Below, piece after piece: positions 62,504 through 64,000 of a DNA stretch of 64,000 bases. Under the pieces are notes generated by a model that ran no database searches, was not told the DNA's origin, and saw only the letters and a program-made list of their open reading frames with translations. Source of the DNA: an uncultured delta proteobacterium (GTDB lineage Bacteria; Myxococcota; Kuafuiibacteriia; Kuafuiibacteriales; Kuafuiibacteriaceae); the NCBI GenBank assembly GCA_963803435.1, contig CAWDML010000002.1:128001-192000 (forward strand). The letters are read 5' to 3'. Made by a program: the position numbers and the translations under genes. Each line of letters begins with the position of its first letter. Within the stretch, counting starts at the first letter, position 1.

Positions 62504-63814
62504 ATGATCCGCCCAGTGCGCGGACTCGTTTACGCTCTGGCGTGCGCGTTTTTGTGTGCCCGCGTCGCGCACGCCGGCCTCGAGCCCAAGAGTCACAACG
62601 CGCTCCTCTTCGTGGAGTCCACACAAGAGGGCCACGAGTGGGAGGCTTATCGCCTCGCCGAAGATCGCCGCCCCGTCGTTCTCGACGTGGACGGGCCGGG
62701 ACGCGTCCTGCTGACCCTTCGTACCTTCGGGGCCGATCGCGGAGACGACGCCGTGTCGGTGGTGCTGCTCGACGACCGCATCGTCCTCACCGCAAGGGTC
62801 GCACCGAAGCTCGATGAGAGCGCCAAGTTTCCGGACGAACATGCGCAAGTTCCTTCCAAGGTCGGTTTCTTCCTGGTTCGGGTGCCGCGCGGCGCACACC
62901 GGGTGACGGTTCGCTACTCCGGCGGGCCGCCCACGCTGGTGGCGGCGCGCTTCTCCGAGGACCAGACCTGGGACGCGGAGGGCGAGGGCGACCTCCCCCT
63001 GGTCATGCCCAAGGCCAAGCGGCGCGAGCAGGTGCCGACGGTCGGCAGGCTCTTGGACGACGGCGAGCTCCAGGCCGAGCCGAAGGACGAGCGCGCCCCG
63101 CCGCCCACCCGGTGGACGGCGCCGATCCCGAACGACGCGGAGGACGACCTCGAGCCTCGGACGGGGCCGCCGCGCACGCCACCCAAGGAGCGGGGCGAAC
63201 GTGCGGGGCGGAGCGCCTCGACCGGGGTCGCGCGGTCGCTGCGGGTTCGCGCACCCTGGCTCCTGTTCGAGGTTCGCGGCGGCGCCCAGGTCAATCGTCT
63301 CGGGTTGTCCGTCGCGCCGGTGGTCGGCATGGACGCGCGCATGCCGGTGCCGGGCCTCGACGCGCGCAGCTTCTCGATGGGCCTGTCGGCCGAGGTCGCG
63401 CACACGCAGGGCGACTCGGACGTGCTCACCTCGGGCCGGCGCGCGGTGGTGGGCGTGGCGCACCTCCGGCACACGGTGTTCGGCGCCGCCGTCGATCTTC
63501 GCTGGGCGTTCCTCCGGGAGCAGCTGGTCGATCCCTACGTGGCGGTCGGTGCGGGCGGGCTGTTCGGATCGATGCGCTCGCGGGTCGACGAGCAGTCGGT
63601 CGAGGCCGCCAGCCGGGGTTGGTTCGGACAGCTCAGCACCGGGGCCGCGCTGGGTGGTGTCGGGCATCGACCGTACGTGGAGGCCCAGCTGCAAGCTGGC
63701 TTGCTCTACTCGGACCTCTTCGCCGGCGGTCGGTCGGCCTATCTCGCCGCGGACCTCATGATCGGGTTTCGGTTCGAGTTTCTGACGGAGGTTGAAGTCA
63801 GCGCCGGGCCGTGA
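62504..63814 (+). CDS. Secreted protein with C-terminal outer-membrane beta-barrel-like domain
   Basis: Signal peptide (..VAHA); Pro-rich linker; VDPYVAVGAG, IGFRFEF strands. Confidence 0.7.
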   Translation: MIRPVRGLVYALACAFLCARVAHAGLEPKSHNALLFVESTQEGHEWEAYRLAEDRRPVVLDVDGPGRVLLTLRTFGADRGDDAVSVVLLDDRIVLTARVAPKLDESAKFPDEHAQVPSKVGFFLVRVPRGAHRVTVRYSGGPPTLVAARFSEDQTWDAEGEGDLPLVMPKAKRREQVPTVGRLLDDGELQAEPKDERAPPPTRWTAPIPNDAEDDLEPRTGPPRTPPKERGERAGRSASTGVARSLRVRAPWLLFEVRGGAQVNRLGLSVAPVVGMDARMPVPGLDARSFSMGLSAEVAHTQGDSDVLTSGRRAVVGVAHLRHTVFGAAVDLRWAFLREQLVDPYVAVGAGGLFGSMRSRVDEQSVEAASRGWFGQLSTGAALGGVGHRPYVEAQLQAGLLYSDLFAGGRSAYLAADLMIGFRFEFLTEVEVSAGP

Positions 63815-63831
63815 GAAGCCGCCCTCGGCCC

Positions 63832-64000
63832 ATGGAGATCATCAAGGACACCCGCCTCGAGGTCGCACCCTTCGCGGCGCGCCTCTTCGAACCGGGGCCC
63901 TCGCTGGTGGTCGTCGTCAAGGGAACCTTCAATCTGGTGGGCGGCGGGACCGCCCCGCTCTCCGAGGTCCAGAGCCTCCCCGGTGTCGAGGTCCACCACG
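63832..64000 (+). CDS. DUF2169-like protein, N-terminus (3'-truncated by window edge)
   Basis: MEIIKDTRLEVAPF...SLVVVVKGTFNL matches the DUF2169 N-terminal VVVK[GA]TF motif. Confidence 0.6.
   Translation, partial: MEIIKDTRLEVAPFAARLFEPGPSLVVVVKGTFNLVGGGTAPLSEVQSLPGVEVHH

Noticed and set aside
2939-64000. Numerous long antisense or overlapping ORFs in the track (e.g. 24872-27529, 35073-37454, 49466-52207)
   Set aside because: Shadow ORFs typical of high-GC codon bias, lying opposite well-supported genes and lacking family motifs.

Overview
GC-rich window from a Myxococcota-like bacterium, judged from a MYXO-CTERM protein, Cys-rich lipoproteins and a Ser/Thr kinase-TPR-FHA/sigma54 module. I see about 55 genes and no rRNA, tRNA or CRISPR array. 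Housekeeping-type genes: ahcY, a cysteine desulfurase, a DHH phosphoesterase, a trans-sulfuration enzyme, a Gld-like ABC operon, an MFS transporter, a P450 and a GH62-like hydrolase. Main points of interest: (1) a 1105-aa candidate polymorphic toxin (papain-like C/H/D segment, DUF4781-like core, C-terminal HHSSF...SGHY domain) followed by a candidate immunity gene; (2) a TonB-dependent uptake operon led by a His/Cys-containing upstream ORF ending in APKQSPP, possibly a metal-sensing ribosome-arrest leader; (3) a 1479-bp element with ~66-bp terminal inverted repeats, carrying a decayed IS1182-like transposase and an intact four-helix-bundle gene, inserted in a stop codon, plus a second four-helix-bundle relic; (4) a galactokinase-uridylyltransferase fusion; (5) 12 apparent frameshifts, 9 of them GATC->GAATC/GATTC insertions, which suggests systematic sequencing error at modified GATC sites rather than real pseudogenes. 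All family assignments come from motif recognition; no database searches were run.
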